NCBI GenBank assembly: GCA_013239625.1
Contig: MU054187.1
Span: 10,995,231 to 11,059,230 of the forward strand
Source: Lama guanicoe
Taxonomy: Eukaryota
Length of the DNA: 64,000 nucleotides
Direction of reading: 5' to 3'
The notes beneath the pieces were generated by a model, which saw only the letters and a list, made by a program, of their open reading frames with translations, had not been told where the DNA came from and did not search any database. Shown in pieces: positions 1-12,898 of the stretch; the stretch's first letter is position 1, and every line of letters begins with the position of its first letter. The position numbers and the translations under genes were made by a program.

Positions 1-52
1 TCTTCTAGACTTCCTCCTACTCCTCCCAGCACACACGTGTGTAGACACATGA

Positions 53-75
53 ACACACACACACACACACACACA
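53..75. repeat. (CA)n microsatellite
   Basis: Uninterrupted acacac... run of about 11 units. Confidence 0.95.
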
Positions 76-769
76 ATGTCATGACTTACGGTGGGCACTG
101 AGTGAAGTCCATTTGACTGCCAGCCAGGAGAGGCCCTGCCTGAATTAGGACACAGGACAGCTAGAGGAAGCGTCTTAATGGGACCCAAAGCTGGTCTGGC
201 TCACATATAATGGGTATTGACCAATATGAGCACTTTAGTTCCTCACTTACCTAAACTATCAGTAGAACCACACACGCTATTAAATTTTGGGATTTAGAAG
301 AGGCTGACTGAAAATCCCTCCTCTTCCTCTGGCTGCTTCCTGATGCCAGGTTCTGTGTGATTTGAGAAACAGGACAAGGTCATGAGCAGAAGGAGCAGTA
401 AAGTTGGCTTCACAAAGACCTAGCCGAGGGCGAAAATTCACTGCTTCGCATCCTACCATCCCATGTAGATCTTGGGTCTGGCCACCCGGGGGAATGTTCC
501 AGTTCACAGAGCTAGCCCCTTCACTCACTCTCTGCCTCCCCTCCCACTGGTGCTGGTGAGAAAGAAAGAGAAGAGACACCCAACGCCTATGCAGGGAATT
601 GTTGCTAGATCAGCCCATCCCATGTGAGAAATAGCAGTGGCCATTGCTCAGTTCCCGGGTGACACCACTTCACACCATGGACAGGAGGAAAGAGTGGGCC
701 AAAGATCCAAGAGTGTTTAGGGCACACCCCCCTCATGGGAATGGAAATAGCCTGGACAGCAATCGTAAT

Positions 770-985
770 AGTAATCACTGACACTTTTTGATAGCTTTTC
801 TTCTTTGTGATTTATATCTATTTATCTTCTTGATGCTTATTTTCTTTTAAAAAAGCCCATTAAGTGAGTGCATTGTTAAATCCATTTTGCGGGTGGGGAG
901 ACTGATACTAGGAAATTGGAAACGGTTCCTGCATAGGGTTGGAAGTGGAGCTACTGAAGAGCACCCAGTAGTCTCTGCTTTTATG
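770..985 (-). mobile_element. MIR SINE fragment (degraded)
   Basis: tccattttgcgggtggggagactga resembles the MIR core (cccattttacagatgaggaaactgag). Confidence 0.5.
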
Positions 986-2286
986 GCAAACTGAATGTTA
1001 TAAATCAGCTCCCATAAATCATGGAAACCAAATAATCAAAGTAAGAGTATCTTATTAAGGGCAGGTGGCAATTTGAAGAATCTGATAAAGCTTGGTAGAG
1101 AAAATACTAGCAGCTTGAATCAGTAGCGTAAGTTTGACAATTTCTTCTCCATGAAAAGAGCTCAGTTAATAGTTATAAAATGTCTCTAATTTTGTCTTTG
1201 TTGTCAAACCCATGAGCAATTTGTGCAAAGGCTGGAAGCCCTTTGAAGGGAGGGCATCTATACTTACTTTTGTATTGTCAGTTTCCAGAATATACTTAAT
1301 AATGATTTTTTGAAGTGTTAACATTTTCTAAGAAAGTAAGCACTTCTTATAGAGTTCATTTTCATAGAGGGCCCCAGAAATAATTGTTTTCTCCAATGAG
1401 TCTAATCCAACCACTATCTACATAAGATTTCCTCTGGAATCAGTGCTAAGGCCCTTCTGTTATAATTAATTGAACACAATGTCTGAGGCTTCAAACTTCC
1501 CTAGCCTTCAATTCCCTTTATTGCTCTAGCTTTATTGCTTCTAGAACAACTATCTCTGTGTGTTCTCCCACTGGGAGCACTCTCACATAATTTAGCTCTC
1601 CCTTCCTAGAACTACAAGTGCTGAAAACTGGAAATGATCTTGTCTGGGGCATGTGAATATATGTGCTCATGAGAAATCAACTGAGCTGGGAATATCCACT
1701 CAGGCCATAACTTTAAACCCACCGTGAGCTAAGGAAAACAAGGCTCCATGGTAGGGTGAAGGCTGCATATGCTAACAGAGCCATTGTTTCCCCAAATTTC
1801 TGATTCTTATCCAAGCAAACTCACTCTGTTCTAATATATTATGTTGTCATAAGAAATGTGCAACATTACAATCTGGTGTATCTCTAAGTGTCTTTGGGGT
1901 ATTCTTTGTTTCTCTGTCAATTTCTTGGCTTTTTCCTAGAAGTCAGATGGATATAAATACCTAAAGCAGAACTCCTTGGGAAATCTCTCCATGACCAGAC
2001 TTGTGGGAAAGTTCAGGACCAGGTGGTATTCAAGAAATTATGATAATTCTCCTCAGATGCCCTTTAAACACACCAGCCTCCTAGAATATGAGAGGCATGG
2101 GGTCTGTGTCCTAGTTCTCTTAAAGCCAGGTCTGTTACTCCAGGTCTAGACACGCAGAGTGTGTGTGTATGTGTATATTTCTGATACTTCCGTAAGCAAA
2201 ATTACTGCAGAACCTCTCCTGCTGTCCTTCAGTGAAACTTTACGTGTATATAATTTTGTTTGTGATCGCATAGCTTATGATCAACG

Positions 2287-2922
2287 TGTTACCGAACCGA
2301 ACTTGGGTCTGCTCACCTGCCGATGCAGATTTGCTGACACTGGGTTGTGGGGAAGGAAAGTACAGCATTTACTTGCAGGGCACCAAGCAAAGAGTATGGG
2401 TGGCTCATGTTCAAAAGACCCAAACTCCCTGATGGCTTTCAGGGAAGGGTTTTAAAGGCAACTTTTGGGGTGGGGGCTGCAGGGCACATGACTTTCTTCT
2501 GATTGATTTGTGGTTAAGTAACAGGGTGATGCTTCAGGAATCAATCACAGCCTTCTGGTTCCAACCAGAGTGGGGTCTACACATATGTGGTCAGGATGCA
2601 GTCACCCTCGTCCACTTGGGGTGGGATGGGGGTCTTAGTTCCTGCAGAACAACTCAAAGATATGTGTCAAATTGTTCTGTACATCCTGTGAGTAGGAACT
2701 AGGACTCTTACCTCTGAACGACTGTCATTGCTTTTCTTGTCATTAATTGCTTTTTCTTTCTTTCTGCATTCCCTCACTTCCCTAATATGGGACTGTTCAT
2801 ACTGGGGCTCTTTGGAACTCAAGTTAAGGCCTAGGAGGATAAGCCTTTTTTACAAACAAGAAATGGGGGCATAGAAGGGCTTTTGTACCCAGCAGGGCCC
2901 GACAGGTTCCTGCTAGTTTTTA
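2287..2922 (-). mobile_element. ERV1-class solo LTR (cetartiodactyl LTR39-like)
   Basis: Begins tgttaccgaacc, ends cctgctagttttta; about 635 bp; opening resembles the element at 52363; orientation inferred from a degenerate polyA signal on the minus strand. Confidence 0.7.
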
Positions 2923-3468
2923 TAAGGTCTTATGTTGTGTTTCTAAGAGTTCAGTCATGTGGGGATTTAGAAGAAATTTTCATGACATTCATTTGCTACA
3001 ATGCCAGATTAGAGATTTCTTTTTAGACAGATAAGTTTAAATATTTCTTGGCTTTGAACCCTCACATTCACTCCTTCCACCACAGCATTAATGTGATTTA
3101 AAAAAAAAAAAACAAACTTCATTTTATCTCAAGCAGGAAAATGGAAATTTTTTTTTACAAGAACTTAATTATGGAAGACACATTCACAGATACGCACAAA
3201 TCAAAATATGCCTTCTGATCCTGCAAAGAAGTTCATCTTGTCTCCCTTGGGGTCTGAAAAATGTAACCTCTCTGCTCTCTGTTTAAGTGCAAAGCTTTTG
3301 TGAGCCCCTTAAAAGACAAATTCTACTGCTGGCCTGGTCTTTTACAAATCTACCTAAATAGGTCAGGAAAAAGGTCTAATAGTAATCCAAGAAACCTGGA
3401 ATTTGAAAGTTCTCAGATGACTGCAACTGTGAGCCTTTTGTCAACTCTTGTAGCTTAGCAGCCAACTC

Positions 3469-4071
3469 TGATTCTGTTCCAGAGAGTAGATTCTTGTCTC
3501 ATCACAGAAAGAATGCAGAGATGAGATGCAGAGGTCAGGAAAGCAAATTGAGGATTTAATTGATAGGACTCTCTCAAGGGGAGAGCGGGAAGACTCAGGT
3601 GAGTAGCTGTGCTGAGTTTCTTTGTCAAGCTGGTTACTTGGGGTGTAAAAATTAATAAGCAGAATATTCATTGGGGAGGGAAAGGTTTGGGGTCATATTC
3701 CCTGATTTTCATCCCAGCTCCACCTTCCTAAGGAGAGGAAGGATTTTTGTCTTTATTTAGTCTAGATTGGAAGTGTCATGGCATTGGTGCATGATGGGTA
3801 CTTCTAATCTACAAGGCTAATTTTATTGTAATGAGGGCATAATGAGCAAAAGGTTACATTCAGACACCAGAGAGTCCTGCCTTTTCCCATCTTTCTTTGT
3901 CTGCCTCCAGGACACTTACTGCCCCAATATGTGGTTTCCTATTAGTCTGGAGGTTCCTGCTTTTCTTTGTCTGCCCAAGGACCCCTGTTGTTTACAAGAT
4001 GTGTGATTTCCTGCCGTTTGGCCCGTGCCCCCTTTTCTCTGCTCATATCTAGCTATCTGCCTGCTCTAACA
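3469..4071 (-). mobile_element. ERV1-class solo LTR (MER50-like 5' end) with 4-bp TSD
   Basis: TG...CA termini; ACTC direct repeat at 3465-3468 and 4072-4075 (4-bp TSD typical of ERV1); minus strand begins TGTTAGAGCAGGCAGATAGCTAGATATGAGCAG. Confidence 0.85.
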
Positions 4072-4149
4072 ACTCCACCAGTGAAACATCTGTGTACTTG
4101 ATGCTTCTCTCATATTCCAATTAGTCATACAATTCTAATTAACTTTTTA

Positions 4150-4385
4150 AAAAAATTTTAATTAACTCTTTAACATAGGTTTTCTCCTTCCATCCAAACT
4201 GCCACCACCTTAGTCCGTGCCTTCCCATCTCTTTTCTGGGTTTTTCAGAGTTGTCTTCAATCAGCGCTGATCCAAGTCCTCTTTCATGGAGTTGCCAGTA
4301 ACATTCCTGAAAAAACCAATGCAAAACCAAAATCTAACCACATTACTTCTCTAAGAAACACTCTTAGCAACCTGTTGCCAATGCC
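4150..4385 (+). mobile_element. L2 LINE fragment
   Basis: Degenerate L2-like tract (ttccatccaaactgccaccaccttagtcc...aaatctaaccacattacttctct). Confidence 0.5.
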
Positions 4386-4479
4386 CCTCGTACACCTGTA
4401 ACAAAAAATTAAAACAACAAATGATTCCAGATGAATCTGACTTTTTCATTGAGAAGTTCTAGAAGATCAATGATCGCAA

Positions 4480-5178
4480 CAGTGTAACTCTAGATTTGGG
4501 AAAAGCAACAAGGGGGAACCATCCCCAGGACCAGAACAGACTAGCGGGACAGGCAACCCAGAGGCTTTGGCTACTGTTAACAGGGCCTGGTCTAGTAATC
4601 ACACATTGAGTGGCCCATCAGTGAAACCCTCGCCTGGCCTCTTAGTGCCATGGGACAAACTGGTCAAGAAATACCTCCCAAACCTTGGTAGAAATTAAGA
4701 CCAAAAGGGAGGGGATCGTAAAAGAAAGAATGTTGCCCTCCATCGCATTATACAAGAATCAAGTCATGAGCCATGGCAGTCGCTGACCTACAACACATAC
4801 ACCCTGCAGGGACTTCAGGGTGAAGAGCAGGACGAGGCCCTCTGTGCTCTGGGAGACCTGGGAGAACTGGCCCTCTAATGGCTGGATATTTTCAGGAGAA
4901 AATGTTATGAACCCTGTTTCTTGCATCTTCCCCTACTTAGAAAAGCACTAAAAGCATTGAAAACCTAAGGTATCTGTTCCTCGAGAATAGTAGTCACCTT
5001 CTACCAAGAAATGTGCCTGACCGCATGTACCCTTCACCAAAATCCTTCTCCCTCCACCTCTTGGAATTTCTCCAAGCTTTCTAAAAGACTGTCTCCTGGG
5101 TTATGATCCTCAGGTTGACTTGAATAAAAATTTCCATTTCTTTCTAAACTTGACTGTTGATTTTTTTTTTCATGAACA
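4480..5178 (+). mobile_element. ERV1 (MER34-like) 3' end: internal remnant, polypurine tract and 3' LTR
   Basis: PPT aaaagggagggga at 4703-4715 directly before the LTR (~4717-5178); AATAAA near 5123; ends ...catgaaca; homologous to the inverted LTR at 12899-13346. Confidence 0.8.
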
Positions 5179-6734
5179 GGGTTCTATGTAGACTGTTACG
5201 GGAAGTTTATTATCTGTTGAAGAAGAAAATAAAAGCCTAGTCTCCCAGCTAACTTAGAACATGGGCTCTGTTCACTGTTATTAGCTCAACACGATATTCT
5301 TGTTTATGAAAATAAATGCTTAGCATTCTAGGGATGCCCTCAACCAGTAAAACTGAATAATAACCCAAGGCTTAGTTAATCATCCTCCTTGTTTTCAAAG
5401 AGGATGTGAGGTCTTTTGGTATAGTGGAATAGACAAGATTTATTCCTTTTTGTTGGAAAGGAATTCTATACTTTTAACTTTATGCATTATTTATAGGGTG
5501 TTCTTACTTTTTATTTCCTTTGATTAAAATCAAATGAATAAATAGCTATTGAACTTCTTCTTGAGCACAGGACTGTGACATCATTTTCTGGTCTTGAATT
5601 AACCCTCATGGTGTCTGTGGAGCTGACTAGAAACAGTTCAAGGCAATGCAGCAGATCCACATGGGGAACAGTCATACTCAGGGAGCAAATGCCGTTTTAA
5701 AGCATTTTGAAAGTAATATAGTCCATTGAATGTGGTTTCATGTACTCACTGCGGTGATCCAATTACTGTTCTCTTTAGCAAAATCTATAGCTTTAGAGCT
5801 TATTAAATCATGTATTTTAGTAAAGCCTATTTCCGATTCTGATGCATTTTTCTTAATCAAGTTTGAATCTATCACCTCGCTTATTGAGTTCTGATTTTAA
5901 TTGCTATGGTCATTTCAAGGACTCTGTTCAATGACAGAATATAAATTTAGAGACTATTCATTCCTCAGTGTCTTCTAAGACCTGGTGAGCTGATGAAAGG
6001 ACCCTTCCTAGATAGTTTGGTAAACATTTATAACAACAGAAAAATGTTAGTCATACTTCTCTTCATGTACGTAAATGACCAGCCTCTTAAAACTTCATTT
6101 CTATTTCCCCTTCTCTCCCCAAAGCTGATGAGTTCGAGCAAAATCAATGCGAGATTCTTCTCAGCCTTGGGGGAAGGTGAAGAGGGTGTTCCTTTTTTTG
6201 TTTGTTTTAATAGATGCACAGGGTACCAAAGGTGCTCAGAAAGGCTGATCCTTTCTGAGCTGATCCTCCACGTGTGGGTCAGAGGCCATTTCTTAATAAA
6301 AGTCCTCACGAGACAGGTATTCTCATGACATTCGTTGGTTGATTTTCTTCTGCCCAGAGCTTTATTCCCTTTATTCCTCTTCTTCCACTTTTTTGGAAGC
6401 CGCCTTCCAGGGTAGGCTCTTCTCTCAACACAGGTCATTGTCACAGTAGTGGCAGTGATGTGTTCCTATTAGGTGAGTAACCAACCAACTAATTGCATGA
6501 ACTGTTTGTGGTATTTCCATAGTTGAGCATTTTCTTGTTATTCTTGCCCCTTAGATCTTCACGTATTCTTAGATTTCTAATTGCTGGTTTGTGTAATTGT
6601 CTTATGTGGGGTTTCCGAGTAATTTACTATTAGCTCTTATCTATGTTCCCTTTTATATGTATTCCCTTAGCGATCGCCTCCAACCTCATGTTTTCAACTG
6701 ATATGTTATATTTAAGTGATTCTCAAAACTACAG

Positions 6735-7400
6735 TGTTTTGGGCTGAATTGTGTCCCCCTAAACTTGTATGTTGATGTCCCAGCTTCCAGAACCTGAGAT
6801 TACAGCCACATTTAGAGAGAAGGTCTTAAAGGGGGTGATTAAGTTAAAATAAGGCTGTTAGGGTAGGAGTCTAATCCAGTAGGACTGGTCCTTATAACAA
6901 GAGGACTCAACATCAGGGTGCATGGAACAGACAAAAGGCCATTTAAGGACACAGCCGGAATGTGGTCATCTGCAAGTCTGAGAAAGAGCCCACGGAGGAA
7001 ACCAGTGCTGAGCTGTGGTCTGACAGTGCCCCCACCTCCAAAATTCACATGTTGAAATCCTAATCCCCCAGGTGATGGTATTAAGAAGCAGTAAATTTGG
7101 GAGGAATTAGGTCATAAAAGTAGACTCCTCATGAATGGGATTGATACCCTTAAAAAAGAGAGCACAGAGAACATGCTTTCCCCTTAGACCACATGAGGAT
7201 GAGTAGGAAGTCAGCAGTCTGTAACCCAGAAGAGGGGGTTCACAAGAACCCAACCATGCTGGCATCCTGATCTTGAACTTCTGGCCTCCAGAACTGGGTA
7301 GTTATAGTTATAGCAGCCTAAATGGACCAAGACACCTGCTGACACTTTGATCTTGGACTTCTTATCTCTAGAACTGTAAAAAAAAAAAAAAAAGCTGTTT
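6735..7400 (+). mobile_element. MaLR MLT1 LTR interrupted by a second MLT1A-like LTR (7011-7334)
   Basis: Two MLT1 starts (tgttttgggctgaattgtgtcccc; agctgtggtctga...aaattcacatgttgaaatcctaatcccc); inner copy ends aagaca; outer copy resumes cctgctgacactttgatcttggactt. Confidence 0.85.
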
Positions 7401-7404
7401 CACC

Positions 7405-7560
7405 TCACTGAAGTAACTTAACCTCTCTGTGCCTTGGTTCTCTATTTTTTTAAATGGATATAATGCTTACTTCATAGGAACACTTTAGGGATTAAATGAC
7501 ACAAAATATTTACTCAAATGTGTGACATGTTAAAAGTGTCAACAATTGGCATCTACTTTT
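7405..7560 (+). mobile_element. MIR SINE fragment
   Basis: aagtaacttaacctctctgtgccttggttctct...ggattaaatga matches the MIR core. Confidence 0.7.
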
Positions 7561-7569
7561 ATTTTTAGT

Positions 7570-7900
7570 TTGTTCTTCTGGAATGTCTTTCTCCATCCCC
7601 ATGTGGAAGTTTCCTGCCCATCTTACTAGACCTCATTCAAAGATTTCCTCCTCTCTGAAGTTCTCCCTAATTCCCCCCTCAGTCAGATGTGAGTTTTTCT
7701 TTCAAATTGCGTAACACTCTCGGTTCCTCTCAGGTGGTTTGCATGATGTTTGTGCCTAATGTCAATGTCAGAACGTCCTTATGCTGTCCTCTCACAACCT
7801 GGGGTTATCTGACCATTGAGGGCAAGGCCCTCACAATGCATATGGAATTTCCCACGGTGCTCAGCACAGTCCTCACGCTTCATGGTCATTGTTGGGTTAA
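7570..7900 (+). mobile_element. L2 LINE 3' fragment
   Basis: tctggaatgtctttc...tcctcctctctgaagttctcccta...cccacggtgctcagcacagt, L2-like. Confidence 0.55.
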
Positions 7901-9018
7901 GGCCATCTGTAATTCAAAACTTGTGAAGGGTTTTTTCATATGAAATATATTAACTTAAATGTTCAAACTAAAAAATCCAGGAATTCTCTTACGACAATAA
8001 CTATTTTTCTTTCCTTTCTTCTCTTAATAGTATAGATAATCTCACAAATTTTTGTGTGACTCTTTTGCATGAAATACATACATATCCATAAACAAAAGAG
8101 CTGTTTTTTTTAAAATTTACTAGATATCTGGCTTTATTTCTAATGTTCAAAATAATTATTTAAATTGGAGGACAGTATGCACACTTACCTAGGCAAAAAT
8201 ACAATTTTGAAAAGTTAAGTAAACTTTCCTAGGTTGCTTAACAAGTGATTGGCAGAGCCAGATCACAACTGCAGGTCCATCTGACCCTAAAACCCGTCCC
8301 ATTTCCAACCTTCATTATATTGCCTCTTGGCAAAATTCCTACATACTTCTGCACAGCATATGTAAAGGAAACAGCCTCGAGGCTAAAGGCTCAGTTTAAC
8401 CTCTAAAAACAAACCAGTCAGAGGAGTGAGTGACAAAATAAAAACAAAAATGTGGTAATGCTTCCCAGGGCTCACAGTGATATTGTGTGGACATGGAGTG
8501 ATTAAGTACCTGCATCCTATGAGAAAGGCCAAATTCACTCAGGGAACACAGGACTAATGTCTCCGCGTAGCCTTGGCTGAGGGCCAAGTTGCAAGAACTC
8601 CAACACAGTGGAGATACTGATTAAAAGCCATCTCTGAGTTGGGAGCATTGACTTTCGTTAGAGCATGTAGGAAGGGGACTGGCTTTCTTAGGATGGTAGC
8701 TTGGTAAATAAGATTAATATTGATAACATATCAAGCAAAATAGCTGAAGCTTGTGAATTGCTGGGTAAGTTATTACAACCATGTCTGTTTCTCTATAGCA
8801 CGTGGAGTCTATGTATTGAAACATCTAAAATTCTTTTTGAGCAGTGTTCTGACTCTGGGATCCAATGGGATATAGCGTGTCTACTTCACAAGAAAGTCAG
8901 TTGGAAGTCTTATTTATGGTTCCGTATGCACGAATGAATAACACAGTACTGGAGTAAAGATACACTTGTGATGGGCACACTCTGACGGTGGAAGACAAAC
9001 CCTTGTCCTTGAATGTTA

Positions 9019-9037
9019 TGGACGCCAGGGGGCACCA
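9019..9037 (+). promoter_or_regulatory. CTCF-binding motif
   Basis: TGGACGCCAGGGGGCACCA versus consensus TGGCCACCAGGGGGCGCTA; core CCAGGGGGCA intact. Confidence 0.55.
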
Positions 9038-9964
9038 TGAAGTAGGCTCAACTGAGGAAGTGCACGTAAAAGTCCATCCGAGGAACTGTCCATTGGTGAC
9101 TTTCTAAGCAGCTGAGACTGAACTCCCAGGAGAGCCACAGTCACCCGGTAGACATTTAGGCTTTCCCCGACACAGCAAATAAGTCACATCCAATTCTGGT
9201 GGTCCTAATTCCAATCCAAGTAAACCCAATGCTGTTTTCTCCTGGGGTTACAGGAGATGTGAAGAGGTTCTCATGCAAAAGACAAACCCATTAGAAACTG
9301 CCTCTTCCACTTAACTCAAAATGAAAAGTCTGCGTGGTTAGACAAGTGGTACAGACGGCACCTCTTGACTGGATGTCAAGCTGTCCAGTGACTGTGTATT
9401 CAACTAATTCCTTCTAGTGAGCAAACAGAAATGTGTTTATGTAAGGCGCTGTGCAGGTGAAGCTAAAATAAACCATTCTTATTTCACTTCACGAATACTA
9501 TCTTTGTCTTGCAATGTTTTCTTGCAACATGTTATGTACATAATACTACTTTAATGGCATAATTTAAACTTATGTGCTAAAAATATTCTGTAAGAACAGA
9601 GTTGTTTTATATTACACTTATACCACACAACTGATTCTTTTCTCTGTTGTACAGCCTTTTATTCCTTGCATATTCCTTCTTAAAATCCTTGGTTGATTCT
9701 TTATTGACTATGGGAAAATCTCCTTACCTTTTAAAATACATTTGTTTTTGGAGAGACATAAAATTCTTATTGGATTTCCAGTGTTGACCATGTAATGTAG
9801 AGACAGTCCTACCATTTGAGTATCTCTTAACGATTATTCCTAAAACCAAGGAGAGAAACACACATACACACAACACAGACAAAATCAAAGACGTTTGTAG
9901 AAAGTTGGGGGAATGGTGTAAATAAAATAAACTCCTCACTTAATAGCCAAGAGTCAAGCCATTG

Positions 9965-9994
9965 TCTTAGTATATGTGCTGATGAAGCGAGCAC
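9965..9994 (-). pseudogene. RNU6: 3'-truncated U6 snRNA retropseudogene (U6 nt ~1-30)
   Basis: Reverse complement GTGCTCGCTTCATCAGCACATATACTAAGA versus U6 GTGCTCGCTTCGGCAGCACATATACTAAAA (27/30); flanked by perfect 16-bp TSD AGAGTCAAGCCATTGT at 9950-9965 and 9995-10010. Confidence 0.92.
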
Positions 9995-12322
9995 AGAGTC
10001 AAGCCATTGTTTTAAAAGCTGATAAATCAAGTAATTAAACTGCATCTTTTTAATGTCATACATGCTAAATACCATGAACCAAGAAAGCAATATGATCAAC
10101 TATCACACTGGCAGTGGTAAGAAGAAAGGAAAGGGAGGAGAATGGAGAGGTAGCAGTGTTAATGTCTCGGGCCCTCACAGTGGAGAGTCAGCTCATTCTA
10201 TCAAAATAAATAAAAGATTAAATATATTATATTAAATTATAGTTAAAAAATAAGTGCTAAGTGTTCTAAAAACAGAAAGCAAACCTCCCACATTACAATA
10301 AGGTCATTGTACAAATTTACAAGGCACAAATGAGGGACACACCTAAAACAAGGTGACTCCAAAAAGTGGAAAATAAAAAAAAGATGGAAAAAGCATTTTA
10401 GGAAATGAGGAGAAAAGACCAACAGGCCACAATTTCACTATCAGACAAGTAGAATTCAGAGTGAAAGTACTGAATAAGTAAGAAAACTTTTTATAATAAC
10501 GGGTACAATCTACTATCTAACTTTGATCAGTATCTAAGCACCAGTTATCAACAATCTAAATTTATGAAACAAATGCTGAGAAAGACAGAGAGAAATAAAC
10601 TGAGCAAATCAAGATATTAAAAGAGCAGAGACCTTTGCTACTTATTTTTTGACAATGCAAGTGAAAAAGAAAGATAGAGAAGACCTAAGTCACATAATAA
10701 ATAAGATAGATTTAAAAATTAAAAATTTTATGTATCTATATATATAATTCTGTAACCTAAAAACAGAGAACACATCTTTTTTTCAAATTTTCAAGAAGCA
10801 TTAACATACACTGACCAAGTATCAGGCCATAAAGACAATCGCAGTAAATTACGAAGACTTACGGCACAGACAATATTCCCTGATTATATTTCAATTGATA
10901 GGATACTAATAAAAAAAGAGGATAAAACTCCATCTACTGAACAGCCTATCAAAATGTAAATGACAAAATACATAGAAAATAACCATAGTGAAAGCCAATC
11001 AGAGCTGTGTGTGCTCTTTTTGCAGTGCTTAAAGAAAAGCCGTAAATAATTACATTAATAAATAAGAACAATTAAAAAGATTCATAGATCAAACATTCAA
11101 TTAAACTGGTTTGAAACATGATAACAAATAGAAGCAAGAGAGCATAGGGAAGACATTAAAAAAGTGAAAACAGACATTAATGGATAATGCAACAGAAAAG
11201 AGCCTCTTCTTTAAAAAATAATTAATCATGTAAGAAAATTCTTAGTTTATCTCATCAAGAAAAAAGGGGACATGTATAAAAATCAATGTAAGAATGGAAA
11301 AATAGCCAGAGATGGAGAAGAATTAGAGGCATTATGAATGAAAACTTTGTTCAACTCTAAGAAAATAAATTTGAAAGTCATGATAAATAATTTTCTGGGA
11401 AAATGTATCAGATTGAAATTGACAGGAAAAGTCCAATTTCCAAAGAAGAAATAATGTTAGCAAAAAAGTCCCTACTCATCTCCCCTAAAGCATCACAACC
11501 AGAGAGTTTGCTAAGAGAATTATACAAAACCTTTAAAGAGCAGAAAAGGGCAGCTATTTCAACTGTTGCAGTAGATGGACCAGAGCAGCTTCCAGTACTT
11601 TCTACAAAACCAGTGTAATGTTGATTCAGAAATTCAGAAGAAAAGCACATGAAGTTATTTACTGACATTAACTTAATAATCTGAAATATTAGCAAAGAGA
11701 ACAGCAGCTGCCCAAGTTCATACAAAGATTTTTATTTCTGGGAATATGATCATCTCCACAGACACTGAAAAGCATTTTTTCACTTTTGTGTTTATACTTG
11801 ACTTTAAAAAAAAAGTCTTCAAAGAAAACAGGATAGAGACAAGCTGCTTTAACATAGTGAAGTATATACTTTACCTCAGCCTGAGGATGTTAGAAGCCTT
11901 TCCATGATAATCAAGAACAAGACAAGGATTTCGCTATCACCACCGTTACATAACATTGTTTTGGAAATAGTTTCTCGTATAATTGACAAAACGGAAAGAA
12001 GGGAAAACTGAAAAGGAGGCGGTAAGCACTTGCATTGTTTGCAAATAATACAGTGTGATACTTGTAAACCAGCAAATCTGAACATTAAAATCAAAGAATT
12101 CAATAGAATTTCTGTGTACAAAATTAACATATAAATCTGTAGTTTTCTTACATATGAATAATACCCAGTAGAAAAGATAATGGAAGAAAATCTTATTCTT
12201 AACAGCAATCCAATATGTAAAATGCTGGGAAATAAGCTTAAGAAGAAATAAACAATGATTTTAATAATTTTAAGATCTTCCCAAACCCAGTAAGTGTATC
12301 CAATTTATATCAAAAGAAAGAA

Positions 12323-12350
12323 AGGAAGGAAGGAAGGAAGGAAGGAAGGA
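12323..12350. repeat. (GGAA)n microsatellite
   Basis: About 7 tandem GGAA units. Confidence 0.9.
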
Positions 12351-12898
12351 GTATACCCTGTTCTGAAACAGGAGGACCCAAAATTCCAAAGAAATAGATT
12401 TTTTCTAAATCAATCTATAAATGTAATGCAATATCAATGAAAACAAATGGCATCGTGTGTGTATTTTAAACCCCGCAAGGTGATGCGAAGTTTACATGGA
12501 AAAATACACAAATAGGAGCGGCATAGTGGTTTCGGAGTTTATCCTAATGGATATCAGCACATATACATTTACAGTAATGTGCTGGTATCACATGAACAGA
12601 GGGACAGAATAATGGAGCAGAAAAGAAATCCCAGAAACAGACTCATATGCATTTGGGGATATACTATTTGATAGCGATAACACTGGTATATCAGCAGACA
12701 AGAGTTGTATTTTTTTTTAATTTATGATAAAAATTTAGAAAAAATTCTTATACCAAAATTCCAAATGGAACAAATATTTAAATGTATATGAAGTATGGGA
12801 GTATTTCTATATACATATACATGTACATATATATAACATGATAAACATACATGTGCATAAGTATGTGTGTGTGTGTGAATTTGTTGGACATGTATATA

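Noticed and set aside
80..720. Possible old ERVL/Gypsy-like LTR
   Set aside because: Could not define termini, TSD or family from the sequence alone.
6028..6444. Longest ORF (138 aa, minus) overlapping a 111-aa plus-strand ORF
   Set aside because: No recognisable domain or gene context; ORFs of this length are expected by chance in 64 kb over six frames.
9965..10300. U6-L1 chimeric retrogene
   Set aside because: The U6 piece is antisense to the neighbouring L1 and has its own TSD, so it is an independent insertion.
11403..11618. ORF with protein-like sequence
   Set aside because: Degraded L1 ORF2 fragment among many stops and frameshifts; not a host gene or an active element.
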